Notes: generated from the sequence alone by a model not told the origin. A stretch of DNA of 63,420 bases, filler included, from Dimorphilus gyrociliatus (GCA_904063045.1; 4 parts of 4 records of this genome joined end to end with filler, not necessarily neighbours in it), one strand, 5' to 3'. Positions 1 through 12,494 are shown, numbered from the whole stretch's first letter. Numbers and translations: made by a program.

Positions 1-2860
1 ATCAGTGTTTCATATAGGAAAGACTTTCCTGAGCCACCTGGTCCATCGAGAACATAAAACGCTTATCACCATCTGTTTTAACTCCTTTGATGATTTTATC
101 AAAAGCACTCCTCTGTTCCTCATTAAATAATTATAATTTGATAAATATTTTTCTATTTTTTTATCTTTGTTTATTATTTTTGGTGATTAATATTTGGTAG
201 GAGATGGTAAACCAAGTATATTACAATTAAAACTGTGTAATTTAAATATGTTTTCAATTTCAATTAATGCTTGATTTTCAGCATCGTCTTGAAAGTCCTC
301 AGTCATGTCTTCTATGAAATCATAGAAGAGTTTTTTGTATTATGAGGTCTATTGAATACACAGATATAAGCAAATACTTGTCTTATTTGCTGAGGCTTTA
401 TGTCATACATGCCTCTTCCATGCACCTATACCACTCACTATCAGTAGACAGTAATCCCAATGCCTCTGCTGCTTCCTCGAATGATTTATATTTTATGTTA
501 TTTATTGTCATTAAGTCATTGAATGACTTGGCACCTTTTATATGTAATAATAGCATTCTTAGATAGAATCTTTCTCTATCATTAGGTGTGACTGTATACA
601 TTCGAGAATAATGTTTGTTAAATTCCTCTGTCTTTTCTTCCAGAGGCCCTTTTCGAATGTATAATAGAGAGGAATTTCAGTATATAAATATTTATTGGCA
701 TCTTTATCTACTCTATTTAATTCAAAACATATCATTAATTAAAATTAGACTTTATTCGTTATTCCCTTGTAAAGTCCTCATTAAATATTAATTTTGTTGT
801 TCAGGAAGATGAACAGTATCTTATTATAGCATGGGACTTATCATGCATTTTGTATTCAAGAAGCCTCCACATTGCTTCTGGTGCACTCATATATCTGGTA
901 CTGAGATACTGCTCAATCTCATTACCATTAAATAATTTATATTTGCACAGTCATAACCTTTATAACATATTTAAATATATACTTTACTGATTTTATGCTC
1001 GAGCAGATTTCAACATTAATATGACAATTGTATTTCAGTAATAAGTATTTGTTGTATGGAACAACATTTCTATTGTCGACTGTGTATTTTTTATATTTAT
1101 ATACATGTCCCTTTCTTCTCATGTAAGTTGGATAACAGTTATCTCCAACTTTAGTATCCTCACAGTATTGCTTAGGATACTCCTTAGTACATTCACCATT
1201 TTCCATGCATGGTGAGTTTAAGTTTGTCTCCCCACAGGGACCATGTATCATATGTTTGAGCACCTTAGATTGTAAAATTTTATCATTATAGGTATCTCTG
1301 CAGATACCACTTTGTTTATTCGCTCAACTGTTTCTATTTTATTTTTTTTATCCAGAATAATTAATATGTGAGCATGTGGAGGCCTCTTTTCTGGAACTCA
1401 ATGGTATATATAAAAGCCTCTATTTTACCAAATATTTTATTTTTAATTAAGTCTTTTTTAAGCTCGTATATTTTAATTTAAATACTCGAGCTACTAAATC
1501 TGGCCTGTCAGATGCTGTTTGGCCATCAAAGAGGTTTTCTTTTATTTCCTTCCAGTTGGGATTACATGTCATTGTTATGAAAAGATCTGGCTTTCCATAC
1601 TTCCCAACTATTGCCATCGCATCATTATATCTCTCTCTCATGTTACGCGGAGAGCCTTGGAAGGTTGATGGTAATATAATTGGTTTCCCTATATCTCTGT
1701 ATCATTATTTAGACTATCCATTAATCCTCTATATTTTTCTACTCTTAATTTATTTTGATTTAGTCTTATATAGTTTAAATTATTGGCTTCCACCTGTAGA
1801 TAAGAGTCTATGATCCATTGCTGGAATAGTCTTGAGCCATATAATAGAGGATTAAATTCATTTAGTCTGCTGCAGTTGTGATCTTTGTGCTGCAGCATGG
1901 ATATCTTTTTACCACCATTTGTTAGGTTTGTACACCATCCCTTTTCACCATATGGATAAAATAATGAGTATACCATTGGATCGAGATTATGACTTAGTAT
2001 ATCTATTTTTTCACTGAATATATTTTCTTTTGGATACACTTTTATATCTCGATCCATTGGTGGTTCTCCATTAGAGTCATTAAATACCATTGCTACTTCG
2101 TCTGCCTTTTTAGTACTGAATCTCTTCTTAAGCAGTCCTTTTGCTGCTATCATCTACCACTCCATATTGAGTGGCCTGTGATGTTTCTTTTTCGATTTGA
2201 GAGATATTTTTATAACTTTTAGCAAATGGATTTGACTCTCTCATTAAATTATCTAAGTTTTTTAAGATGTTTTTTTGACAGCCTGTATTTGCTTTGTTAT
2301 TTAATCTTATATCAGTTGCCATTTCATTATCGACAACATATAACTGTGCATATTTCTTTTGACTGTCTCCATTATTATATAATGGATGGTAACTGTGGTG
2401 GTATGTTTGGCCATGTATCTTCAGACAGTATGGACCACTACTATGCTTATTAGTCTTAGCACCAAATGAAGCAAAAGATATGGCACTGTTATAAGATCTG
2501 ATATACTTTTTAAAATTTTTGTGGTCTTTATTTTTTTTATTTGTCAACAGATCTTTTAGATATACAGGATAATCTGCTCTACTTTGAATGTTTACTTTAC
2601 CACCATGGCAACAGCTTTTGAATATTTTGTTAGTAGTTCTTTCATCTTCAAAAGTTTAAAGAATTACAGAAACTACATATTTTGTCCATTCTTCCACAGT
2701 TTCATCTTCAAAGTTTAAAGAATTACAGAAACTACATATTTTGTCCATTCTTCCACAGTAGTGTTCTTGGACTTTATTCTCAGTGTCATTAATCACATTT
2801 TCAGTGATTTTTTTAATTTTAAAAATAACTTTAAGAGGTGATGATTTGCTATCATTCATG
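1..2860 (-). mobile_element. Helitron Rep/helicase (RepHel), fragmented by many indels, 3' part beyond the window start
   Basis: Minus-strand pieces give Rep motifs KYGKPDLFITMTCNPNWKEI, DRPDLVARVFKLK and EFQKRGLPHAHILI (~1360-1400, one indel), plus HMIHGPCG..NSPCM, VVPYNKYLLLKYNCHINVEICSS, RFYLRMLLLHIKG and the PIF1-type Walker A GPGGSGKS at ~25-50. Confidence 0.93.
2641..2759. repeat. Tandem duplication of a ~60-bp unit inside the Helitron N-terminal region
   Basis: ttcatcttcaaaagtttaaagaattacagaaactacatattttgtccattcttccacagt occurs twice head-to-tail, differing by one A. Confidence 0.95.
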
Positions 2861-3817
2861 CATAAAAAGCATGGATCAACCTCTTTTTAACAAAAAGATT
2901 ATTTTTAAAAATGACTTTATTTTGTTTATAGCACAACTACAAACAGATTTGGAATGACCACCATTAGTAATATGATGATCAATATTTGATGAACATTTTG
3001 TGTGTCTGCATCAGAAAGTTTTAACTTTAAATTAAAAGCTTATTATTTTTTTAGAAAACATATGGGTTGTTTTAAAATGATTTTATTTATAATATTATTT
3101 TTTCTAGAAAATTCATTTCCATATTTGGAAGTATAATAGCTCTTTTAATATTTACCAAATTAGGTATGCATTTAATTAACAAAAATTATTCATAGTTTTA
3201 TTTACGTTTGTTTGTAATAAAATTGTCTTCAATAAATGATGTTTATATGTTTTATGAATTTATTTGAAAAATTATACTTTATTAAGTTGAAAGATAAACA
3301 ACCAAGAGTTTAAAATTTAAAGATAAACAATATACATGTTTTACAGAAGTTCTAAGTCATATTTTTAGAGATTTAAGATTTTGATTTCTACCCCCAATTT
3401 TGTCTTTTTATATATATGATTATTTTTTTTATTTATATTGTATATTAATTTACTATACTATAAATTAATTTGTATTTCATATTAATTTAGTATTAAAGTA
3501 ATTTTAAAAATATTTGAATAATCAAAAAATATACAAATATAACCAAAAATCTTTTTCTTTGATTATATTAATTAAATCATATTTTATATTATATTATTGT
3601 ATTTCAGTTAAGAATTGGTAAAAAAAGAGTCTAAAAAATTTAATTCTATACTAAAACGTAAACTTATAACAAATTTACTGTATTTTCAATCCTTCTTTTT
3701 TTCAAACAGAATAAATTTTATTAGGTTTAGTAAAACTGCTTTTTTAAACAAAATAGTTTTAAAGATAAAATGTTTCATAATTTATAAAATTTACAACTCA
3801 ATCTTTTAACAAACCCC

Positions 3818-4719
3818 ATGAAAAATGAAGAAAATATTAAAAAAGAGAAGAATTTATTCGATTTCATTGAAAAGTGATAATAGTGTTTGTATTCTTGATT
3901 TAAATAATCCTGAGGTTATTAAATACTTAGTAAGAGATGTTAAAGGTGCTTGTATAGGTACAAGTGATGAAGAAGCTTCAAAGGTTGACTTACTTTCAAT
4001 TTTCAACCCAAAGCTTAGATACTCAATAGATAGAAACTTAGAACTTACATCAGACAATAGAGCTTCTAGGTACTTCGCAGATAATAGGATCTGTTTTAAC
4101 TGTGGTAAATAGGACATGTAGATAGGAAATGTCCAAGTAGGAATGTCAAAACTTGTATTCTTTGTTCTGGACATGATCATACGAAGGGTAGTTGTCCACA
4201 AATAGTATGTCTTAGTGTGGTATGTGTGGTCATAGAATTAAAGATTGTAAAATTCTTTACAAATCTCTTGATAATAACAACAAATAAACAAAGTGACAAC
4301 GGTTTGAGATTCAAAATGTGTATAAATGTCCTAATGAACATTCTATGTTTGATTGTCCTAGAAAGTGGAGAGTTTATTTGACTAGTTCACTTGAAAATCT
4401 TGAAATGAACAGAATTAGAAAAATATGTGTTAATTGTTTCTCAGATGACCACTTTTTAGATGATTGTTATAAACATAGACACTCAAAGACTTCTATATTT
4501 TGTAATTCATTCTATAAATATATCAAAAAAATACATGGCACCGAAAGAAAAGAGGACTACTTTGAAAAACTTTATAAAATAAGAGAAAATCTTAAAAGGG
4601 AAGAAAGAAGAAAAAATAAGTTTAAGATATCAAAAAATAGAAATAGAAGAAATAAAAATAATACTTATTCAATTTTTTTTTTCAAATATTTGTATATAAA
4701 ATTTAGACTATATTTTTAA
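3818..4719 (+). CDS. AIR1/AIR2: Air1/Air2-like CCHC zinc-knuckle protein (TRAMP complex), split by several single-base indels
   Basis: After frame correction there are five knuckles (CFNCGKIGHVDRKC, CILCSGHDHTKGSC, CLKCGMCGHRIKDC, CYKCPNEHSMFDC, CVNCFSDDHFLDDC) and an Air-like CPRKWRVY linker. The ATG at 3818 is directly preceded by CCCC. The 3' end is uncertain. Confidence 0.75.
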
Positions 4720-5160
4720 AAATACGGTTTTGTAGTTTTTTAATAGAAAAACTAAATTCTGTTCTAATTTTTGTTATTTTTTATTTTGGAAGTCATTTTT
4801 AAAAGCTATGAGACTAGATTAAAATATTTTTGAATTGACATATCATAAAATAACCCGAAACAAATTTCATTGCGGATTTGTTTAATTCAAATGCAAATGA
4901 TTAACTTTAGATAGGTAAAGGAAAATTAGGTTCCCTTTCACATTAAAATTATATTTGTCGTTGAATAAGCATATCCTATATCGAATTACATCATTATTAA
5001 GAGTCTAGTTTCATTTAAATTGTTTCAATTTAGTTTTACATATTAAGTTTTAGTTTTTATCACTTTTAGATAGCTTATCATTTTTTTTTATTTGTTGCTT
5101 TTCGAGTAAAACTGTTAGTGTCTCAGTTACGGTTTATAAGAACATTTTTTGACAAATTCT

Positions 5161-8100
5161 ATGGACTTTTTAAAATGTAAAAGATTTATACACTCAAATA
5201 TTTTAGCGTTTTTGTTATTGTATAGTTGTAGAAAGCGTACTCATGTTGCCCATAATAATAGTAGATTAACTCATGGACATAATGAAGGAAGAGAACATGC
5301 AAAGGAAGCCACCATTCTGGATTTAAACATGGACATAGATACGGAAGAAATGGTGTATATGCTGATGCAGACCAACATTTATCTCATGGAAAAACAGGCC
5401 ATTTTGGTAGTATAGATGGTCATGGAGAAGGAAGTTTCCCATTTGGAAGAAACACAGGACATTCAAGTAGACATGGAGGTCTAGGCGCTGGACACAGTAG
5501 AGCACATCATAAGGGCGCAGCAGCCAAAGCTGCAGGTCAAGGTGCAGCAATTGCAGCCAAGGAAGCCGGTGCTAATGATGCAGAAGCAGCAGCAGTTGGT
5601 CATGCTGCCTCCAATGCTGCAATAAGAGATATGGAGGCAGGCAGTGCAGCAGGGAATGATCCTTTTGCATACGGTAGACACAAACTCAAGAACTTAGATC
5701 TCTTCGGTCTTGGTCCAACAAGCCTTAATAGTCTATATAAAGGACCAGGCGGAAAATCAGCACAAGCTGCAGCAAATAGAGCATTGCTAAATGGAACTCC
5801 AATAGATTTTAATATGTATTATGATGGTACTCCAAAAGATTTAAGGCACAATAAAGGTGCTAGAAACTATATGGATATATTAGCCGATAAAGCTGCAGCA
5901 GGCCATCCAGCTGCTTTAAAAATTGAAGATGAACTTTCAAAAAGAAACCTTGGATGGAGGTGACGGAGCTTATGATATTTTGGCCGAAAGCTTTATTAAT
6001 GGTGGCCCACGAGGACAAATGAGAGCAATGAATGAACTAAAGAACCTAGACAAGGATTCTAGACTCGCAATAGCACAACAGGAAGCACTCACATATAGTG
6101 GAAGACCAACTGATGAACTGGTAAAATTAGTCTCTAATTTAGGTCCTGATGGAGATAGACCTAGCGTATTTGGAAAGTTTACACCTGAAGAAATTGATAG
6201 ACTTATGCGACTTGCAGAAGATCCAAACTCACCTATTCATAAAAAATCATTGATTTTAGACGAAGACTTAAAACATGAAACTGAAAACTTCCCTAAATAC
6301 ACAGCAGAAATTGGAGAGAGAGCAGAAAATGAATTTAGAGCTAACCATCCTGAAGCATCACCTTCTCAAGCAAAGCAATATGCATCAGAAAAAATAAAAG
6401 AAGCAGAAAGAAAGTATCAGATTTGATAGCTGCTAAAAAAGATAGATTAAGATTAGCCAGAGATTCAGAGGCTGTTGAGGAAGTTGCAGAAAAAGCAGAA
6501 GAAGAGTATTTAGCAAATCACCCAGGTGCACTTCTATCCGAAGCTAAAACATATGCAGCTGACAAAGCAAGTTTAAAACAGCAAGAATTAGATAAATTAA
6601 GAAGTAGAGACAAGAAAGAAGAATTAGAAGGACAGAAGGCTTATAAGAGTGCAAGAGATATTGGTCTTCCACACGCAAAGGCCAGTGAAATTGGTAAAGA
6701 CGTAACAGATGCCGAAAGAGCAGCTCATAATTCACAAGATGTTACATATAATGATGCAATTACAAATGGATTGACACCGCCTGAAGCAGATAAGTTAGCA
6801 AAAGCAGTAGGGGATTTAGAAAAACTCAAGAAGGATCCAAGACTAACACCTCGAACACCAGAGGAAGAATTAAGAAAAAATATTCTTATGGAAAGATTAT
6901 CAACTTATATTAATGGGCCCGTCGATCCATTACATCCATTAAATGACCCAAATCATCCCCTTAATAATCCATTACATCCATTAAATGATCCGAATCACCC
7001 AGCTAACAATCCACTACATCCATTAAACGACCCATTAAATCCTTTAAACCCACTAAACGATCCACTTCATCCAAGTAATATTTTACCAAGTGATCTTAAA
7101 CCAATAAATTCATTATCTGAAAGTGAAACTAAAATTAGAAGTGCTCTATCCAAGATAGGTCCAGATGGTTTACCTAAAGCCCCTATAATATCTCCATTTG
7201 AGAAGAATAAGGCACTTGAACCAATTTTGCAAGACAAACTTGATTCATTGATCAATAAAATTCCGCCATCCATTTTAGATCGTTTACCTGCAATAGAAAA
7301 GGATCGGCTATTTGACATCCTTAAAGGTGATGTTTTACAAGATGCAGCAGAGACTAAAGCAGCAGTCCCACTTCCTAAATTATCATTAGTCGAAAAGGAT
7401 GAAATAGTAGATAAAATAGTTACAAGTTTGACATCTCCAGATCCAGTAGAAAGAGAATCAGCACGTACAATAATGGAAGAATTTATTAATAGAGATGTTG
7501 TAACACAAATTAATGAAAAAGATCCTCTTGTAAAAGAACTTAGAAAGCAAGAAGTTCAGGAAGAAATCTTAGGAGATTTAATAGAAGAGGTATTACTTGC
7601 AGGAAGAATAAAACCATCAACTGAACTAAATAAAGAGAATCTTAAAAGAATTGAAGAAATTAGAAGGAGAATGACTACACCTACAACACCAGAAAAAGAG
7701 GAAATAAGAAGACAGTATATTAAAGAAGAAGCGGAAAAGCTTAAAAAACCAATTTCTTATGAAGCATTGATTTATGGTTCTCTTGCAGAAACAGAAGAGC
7801 TCTTAAATAACACACCTCCTGATAAAGCTAGAGCAATTGGATTACAAGTAGCAGAAAAGACACAGGAAAAATTAGACCATGCAGTCGCAGAAGCATTAAG
7901 TGCCAAAGCACAAAGTGATATAATTAGTGCACGAAGTGTAATTAATAATGCACAACAGCATTTGTTGCCGCAAGATGAAGAAGTTATTGATGAAGCAGAA
8001 AGAATTCGTGAAGAAAGGGAGAGTCTTAAACACATAGAAGATGCTATTGCATCTGAAAAAAGAGCAGAGGAAATGCAAGAACTTGCAAAGGATGCATTTA

Positions 8101-10346
8101 GAGTAGCTGAAAAACATAAAATGAATGCAGAAGAGGCCATTTTAGCATCAGAAGAGGCTGAAAGAAAAGCTAAACGTTTAGAAGATGATGAACATGCAGC
8201 CAAAGCAGTAGAAAACACAGACAATATATTAAGTGTTCCTCCAGAACTTAGAATGGACGAACTTGGAATCAAAAAGGTAATTGGTGATGATGCAGATGAA
8301 GTAAAACTGACAAATGCATCAATTAAACTTCCACTTAAATCATTTGGTGACTTTGAAGCTAAAAATGAAAAAGAAGAAAATCTAAAAGAAGCACAAGAAG
8401 AACTCAAAGATGATTTAAGAAATAAGGTAACAGGGAAAAAATACGACTCTCCATTAAACGTAGTTGAAGGTAAAGATGGATTTTTGAATGTGGGAGAAAA
8501 TGCCGAATCTGTCGAAGTCAAAAAAGGTAAAGTTATTTATCCACAACATGCTAAAGCAGAAATGGAAATGAAAGGAATGGACACATCAGCTCTTGTACCA
8601 AAAGTAAATTCTGGAGAAAGGGAAAACATGGCAAATGGTAGACAATACTTCGAAGCAGAAGTTGAAGATATGACAATGGAAATGCCTAGCCCAACAAACC
8701 CCGCACCATCACATGCTTTATCCGGAAATAGTGGAGTACTTGATACATCGCTTGCAGAAGAAATTGAGATAGATGAAGGAAAATTAAAGGTTAAACCATG
8801 GAAGGATTATGTAGCAGACGTTAGACCAAAAGTAAATGAATCGATAGAAAAGAAATCAAGACTATCACCTCAGCAAGAAAAACTAGTAAGAAAAACAGTA
8901 AGAGCTAGCACAGACTAAGACACAAGTGATGGTAGGATCAGATGGTAAGAAATTTGTTAAAATTACACCACAGTATGGTGTACCACAAAATATCAGCGTA
9001 AATGATGTCATAGAAACTATGACCACAGAAGGAGCAACAGGACAAGTTGGTGTTGGAGGATTTGAAGCACCAAAGAAGAGAACGGTAGGAATGAACATAG
9101 CAGAAGAAAAAGAAAACATACTCGAACAAATAGAAAAGGCAACATTCAAGGAAGCAGCAGCATCCGGAGAAGCCCAAAAATACATAGATTCTAAGAACGC
9201 AGTAACAATGACAGAAGATGAAACTAAACAACAGGTAATTGAAGGAAATGTAGAAGCATTTGAAACTGAACAAAAAACAGAAGAGCCTGAAGTTCTCACA
9301 GAGGAAGAAAAGACGGAAATTATTGAAACAGCAGTTGCTAGTGGACTTCCACAAGAAATAGCAGAAATGAAAGCTAACGAGAAAGAAAAGGCTTTGGTAG
9401 AAGGATTTACAGAAGAAGTTGCTGAAATAAGATCTACAGAGATGGCAAAAGCCATGGGACGTGGAATGACTAGGGAAGAAGCAGCAGAATATGTAGATGA
9501 AATTATTACAACTATGGAGGAAGTAACCGAAACAAAGAAGCCACAACCAGCCAAATTCGCTATTTCACCAGAACAACAATCCTTACGTTCACATTACAAG
9601 TCGCCACATTCACTTAAACCAATAAAAGAAGTACATGAGCTAAGATCTAAGGGTATGATGCCTAATGGTCAAGGTATGGAAGAAGATGCAATTTATAGTG
9701 ATCTAGTAAAGAGAGCAGATGGAAATGCAAAGAAGATGAATATAAAACCAAATGAGTATAAAAAGATGGTTGGAAAGATTCCATTAGGAATTTATGAAGA
9801 ATTTAATGAGTTCTCACAAAAACAAAATAACTTAAATTCGGAAAGACATAAAGGAAGTGTGCAGGTTCTTAATGCCCTAACTGGAGGAAATGTTAAAGAG
9901 TTAGAAGACCAAATATTTGAATCATTTAAGAGAGTATCAGGACATGCACATCCTTATAAGTCAATTCCTGCATCACCAAAGAAATTAAAATCGATAGATC
10001 ATAAAGTAAATAAAGACGGTATAACTGAATATAGATTAAGTTATGACACAACCAATACTAGGCCTGCAAATATTGGACAGAAAGCAACAAAAGAGCACTC
10101 CAGTTACTTGGCGACAAAAAAGGAAAGAATAAAAATGTACCAGTTACTGTAAATAATAAACCACCACAACCAAAGCCACGATCTAATCCTAGTAGAACAC
10201 CAATGTTGGTACAACCTACACCACAAATGATGATGTACCCAACACCTAATTCTCAGTACTTTTATCCTAATGGATATTCCTATCAACCACAACAACAGAT
10301 ATTTTATGGACCACCTAAAAAGAAACCTAAGAAATCAAAAAAGTAA
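5161..10346 (+). CDS. PTP3: Polar tube protein 3-like gene (~1,730 aa) reconstructed across five frameshifts
   Basis: ORFs 5149, 5631, 5923, 6423, 8926 and an unlisted 3' frame join at ~5300, ~5950, ~6421, ~8901 and ~10134. The architecture is a hydrophobic N-terminus, a His/Gly-rich basic segment, an Ala-rich segment and a long Glu/Lys/Ala-rich acidic core. Segments YDILAESFINGG..NLDKDSRLAIA and FVKITPQYGVPQNISVNDVIETM..GGFE match what I recall of microsporidian PTP3; not verified by search. Confidence 0.75.
6924..7079 (+). repeat. Coding heptapeptide repeat (D/N)P(L/N)HP(L/A)N x ~7 inside the PTP3-like gene
   Basis: The translation reads DPLHPLN DPNHPLN NPLHPLN DPNHPAN NPLHPLN DPLNPLN PLN DPLHPSN, with varied synonymous codons. 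Confidence 0.95.
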
Positions 10347-10358
10347 TTGATTAATTAA

Positions 10359-10627
10359 AACCATACTTATAAACAATATTTTTCATTAAAAATAAAAACT
10401 CTATAACTAAATCATACTTATAAATGATATTTTTTCATGAAAATAAATTCTATAACTAAAACATACATATAAATAATATTTTTTGATTAAAAATATAAAT
10501 TCTATAAAAAGAAATTTAATATAAAAAATAAATATTCATTAAAACCATACTTATAAATAAAATCTATTAAATATAAAATTACTAAATAAAAATAAAAATT
10601 CTATAAAAAGAAATTTAATATAAAAAA
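10359..10627. repeat. Degenerate ~53-bp AT-rich tandem units in the convergent 3' intergenic region of PTP3-like and DPH5
   Basis: The motifs (c)catacttataaa..atttttt..aaaataaa..ctataa recur 3-4 times, and ttctataaaaagaaatttaatataaaaaat occurs twice. Confidence 0.6.
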
Positions 10628-11389
10628 TTAACATTCTTTAAAATATTCCCGTAAATTTTCTAATTCAACTCTATCAGTCTCAGATGGTATAATAAGAGAA
10701 TGTAAAGGCCCTCCAAAGTCTAGTTTAGCTAAAGATTTAACACTTTGGTAGTACACTTTTTCATCTTCAGAGCCAAATCTACAAATCACAATAATTTTTT
10801 TATCATCTGTTATTATACCATATCCTTTCTCCTTTTCACACTCCATTAGTTGTTTTATAGCTACATCTGCAGTCATAAACCTATTACAATCTCTTTTTAT
10901 ATCTAAAAGACATATTGTATGCAACCCAATTTCATAATTTTTCTTTAGGTAGTCATAAAAGCTATAAGGCCTCCAATTTTCAGTAAAAAATGGAATTGAA
11001 ACAGTACGTCCATAATTATACGAATAAAGACCGTACAACCCCATAACATTTAGTATTGATGAATTATGAAATACTTTATATTCAATATTTCGTCTTTTAC
11101 ATTCTAAAATTAATTCTATATGAGTTGTAGCAAAAAAAGGAGTACCGATAACAAGAAGAGATATGTTTTGATGTTGAGCTTCATCAATATACTTATAATC
11201 AACTTCTATTTTACTTCTATCTAGCTCTATCACTGTTTTTCCATAAAAATTTGATAAATCCTCTATTTTTTCAGGAAGCAGTGAAGTATAAGACTCAATG
11301 TAAACCTTTGAAGAGTTTTTTATTATTTCATAACATCTAATACTTATATCTTTTTTAGAACATAGACCAGTTCCTATGATATTTAACAT
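10628..11389 (-). CDS. DPH5: Diphthine synthase (diphthamide biosynthesis methyltransferase), microsporidian type, 253 aa, intact
   Basis: Motifs MLNIIGTGL, VYIESYTS, LLVIGTPFFATTH, HNSSILN, GLYSYNYGRTVSIPFF, GLHTICLLDI, CRFGS and FGGPLHSLIIP are present. The gene is intronless. The likely ATG is at 11389 in the context TTACCCAATG. Confidence 0.96.
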   Translation of the reverse strand: MLNIIGTGLCSKKDISIRCYEIIKNSSKVYIESYTSLLPEKIEDLSNFYGKTVIELDRSKIEVDYKYIDEAQHQNISLLVIGTPFFATTHIELILECKRRNIEYKVFHNSSILNVMGLYGLYSYNYGRTVSIPFFTENWRPYSFYDYLKKNYEIGLHTICLLDIKRDCNRFMTADVAIKQLMECEKEKGYGIITDDKKIIVICRFGSEDEKVYYQSVKSLAKLDFGGPLHSLIIPSETDRVELENLREYFKEC

Positions 11390-12008
11390 TGGGTAAAAAA
11401 AAATTAAAAAAACGTACATGAAATACTTTTAAATGTAAATATTTAAATTATAAATTATAAAATATAATTCATCTACAATCTATACTAAATAATACACAAA
11501 AGAGTACTTTTATTGAGTTTAATAATATATATTTTAATTTTATTTAATATAACCTTTTTTATTTCTTATTTATAAAATATTACTATTTTAAATTATTTTT
11601 AGTATTTTTATTAATACTTATGGATTAAAATAGTTTTACTATTTCTCAGTGTATAAGATAAATAAGAATCTAAATTTTATATAAAAAGCCAAGTTTTGAA
11701 TAAATTTAACACAATTTTTGAATATCAATAAAACTTTCTTATAAATTTTTAGTATTTAATTCCTATCAATCTATTTTTATATCTTTTTATCTTTCAATTA
11801 GATTCTAATTACTTTACTGAAAATGATTAAACCTTGATTTTAACATCAGATTCAATAAAAAATAATCTTAAAAATTCTTATGTAATACACTTTTTGTATT
11901 TTATTATTATATAAAAATAGAATCTCCTTTTTCTATACAAAACAAACCAATCACTCCTTTTAACTTATAAAAATAATTTTTTATTTAAAGACTCAAATAA
12001 AAAGACAG

Positions 12009-12494
12009 ATGATTTTATTATTCCCACTTATTGAGCAAATTAAAGATTCATTACTATTGTACCAAGAAAAAGTAGATATTTTTGAAACACAGTTGTTATC
12101 GGATGACTATTTAGATACAGAGCAGATAAAAATAGAAATAGTTCAACTAAATGATGACATATCTACAAAATTGTTTAAATATAAAGATATCATAAACGAT
12201 AGATCAGAAACTAATAATATACCTAAAACTGAAGAACAAAATATAGAAAAAGATAAAATGACGACACCTGTTGATGTTAATAGTAAAAATTGTTATAGAA
12301 ATGATTTTTTATTGAGTATCGAAGATTCAAAAACTAATAATATACCTAAAACTAAAGGAAAAGATAAAATGATTACACCAATTGATATTGATAGTAAAAA
12401 TTGTTATAGAAATGATTTCTTATTGAGTATTGAAGATTTTATAACGATTACCTCAAGACTTTTAGTAAAAATAGATGAATTTTATTCAAAATAA
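12009..12494 (+). CDS. Hypothetical protein with an internal ~35-codon direct duplication
   Basis: TNNIPKT..KDKM.TP.D..SKNCYRNDFLLSIED occurs twice in the 161-aa ORF; I recognise no family. Confidence 0.5.
   Translation: MILLFPLIEQIKDSLLLYQEKVDIFETQLLSDDYLDTEQIKIEIVQLNDDISTKLFKYKDIINDRSETNNIPKTEEQNIEKDKMTTPVDVNSKNCYRNDFLLSIEDSKTNNIPKTKGKDKMITPIDIDSKNCYRNDFLLSIEDFITITSRLLVKIDEFYSK

Noticed and set aside
7772-9554. Long minus-strand ORFs (249, 223 and 202 aa)
   Set aside because: These are Ser/Phe/Leu-rich antisense shadows of the Glu/Lys/Ala-rich PTP3-like coding strand.
5161-10346. Programmed ribosomal frameshifting in the PTP3-like and Air1/2 genes
   Set aside because: There are too many shifts in both directions, mostly in short homopolymers, and no consistent slippery site or downstream structure. 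Sequencing indels are the simpler explanation.
10628-11419. DPH5 start at 11419 (MYVFLIFFYP extension)
   Set aside because: Homology begins at MLNIIGTGL, and that ATG (11389) has the CCC context.
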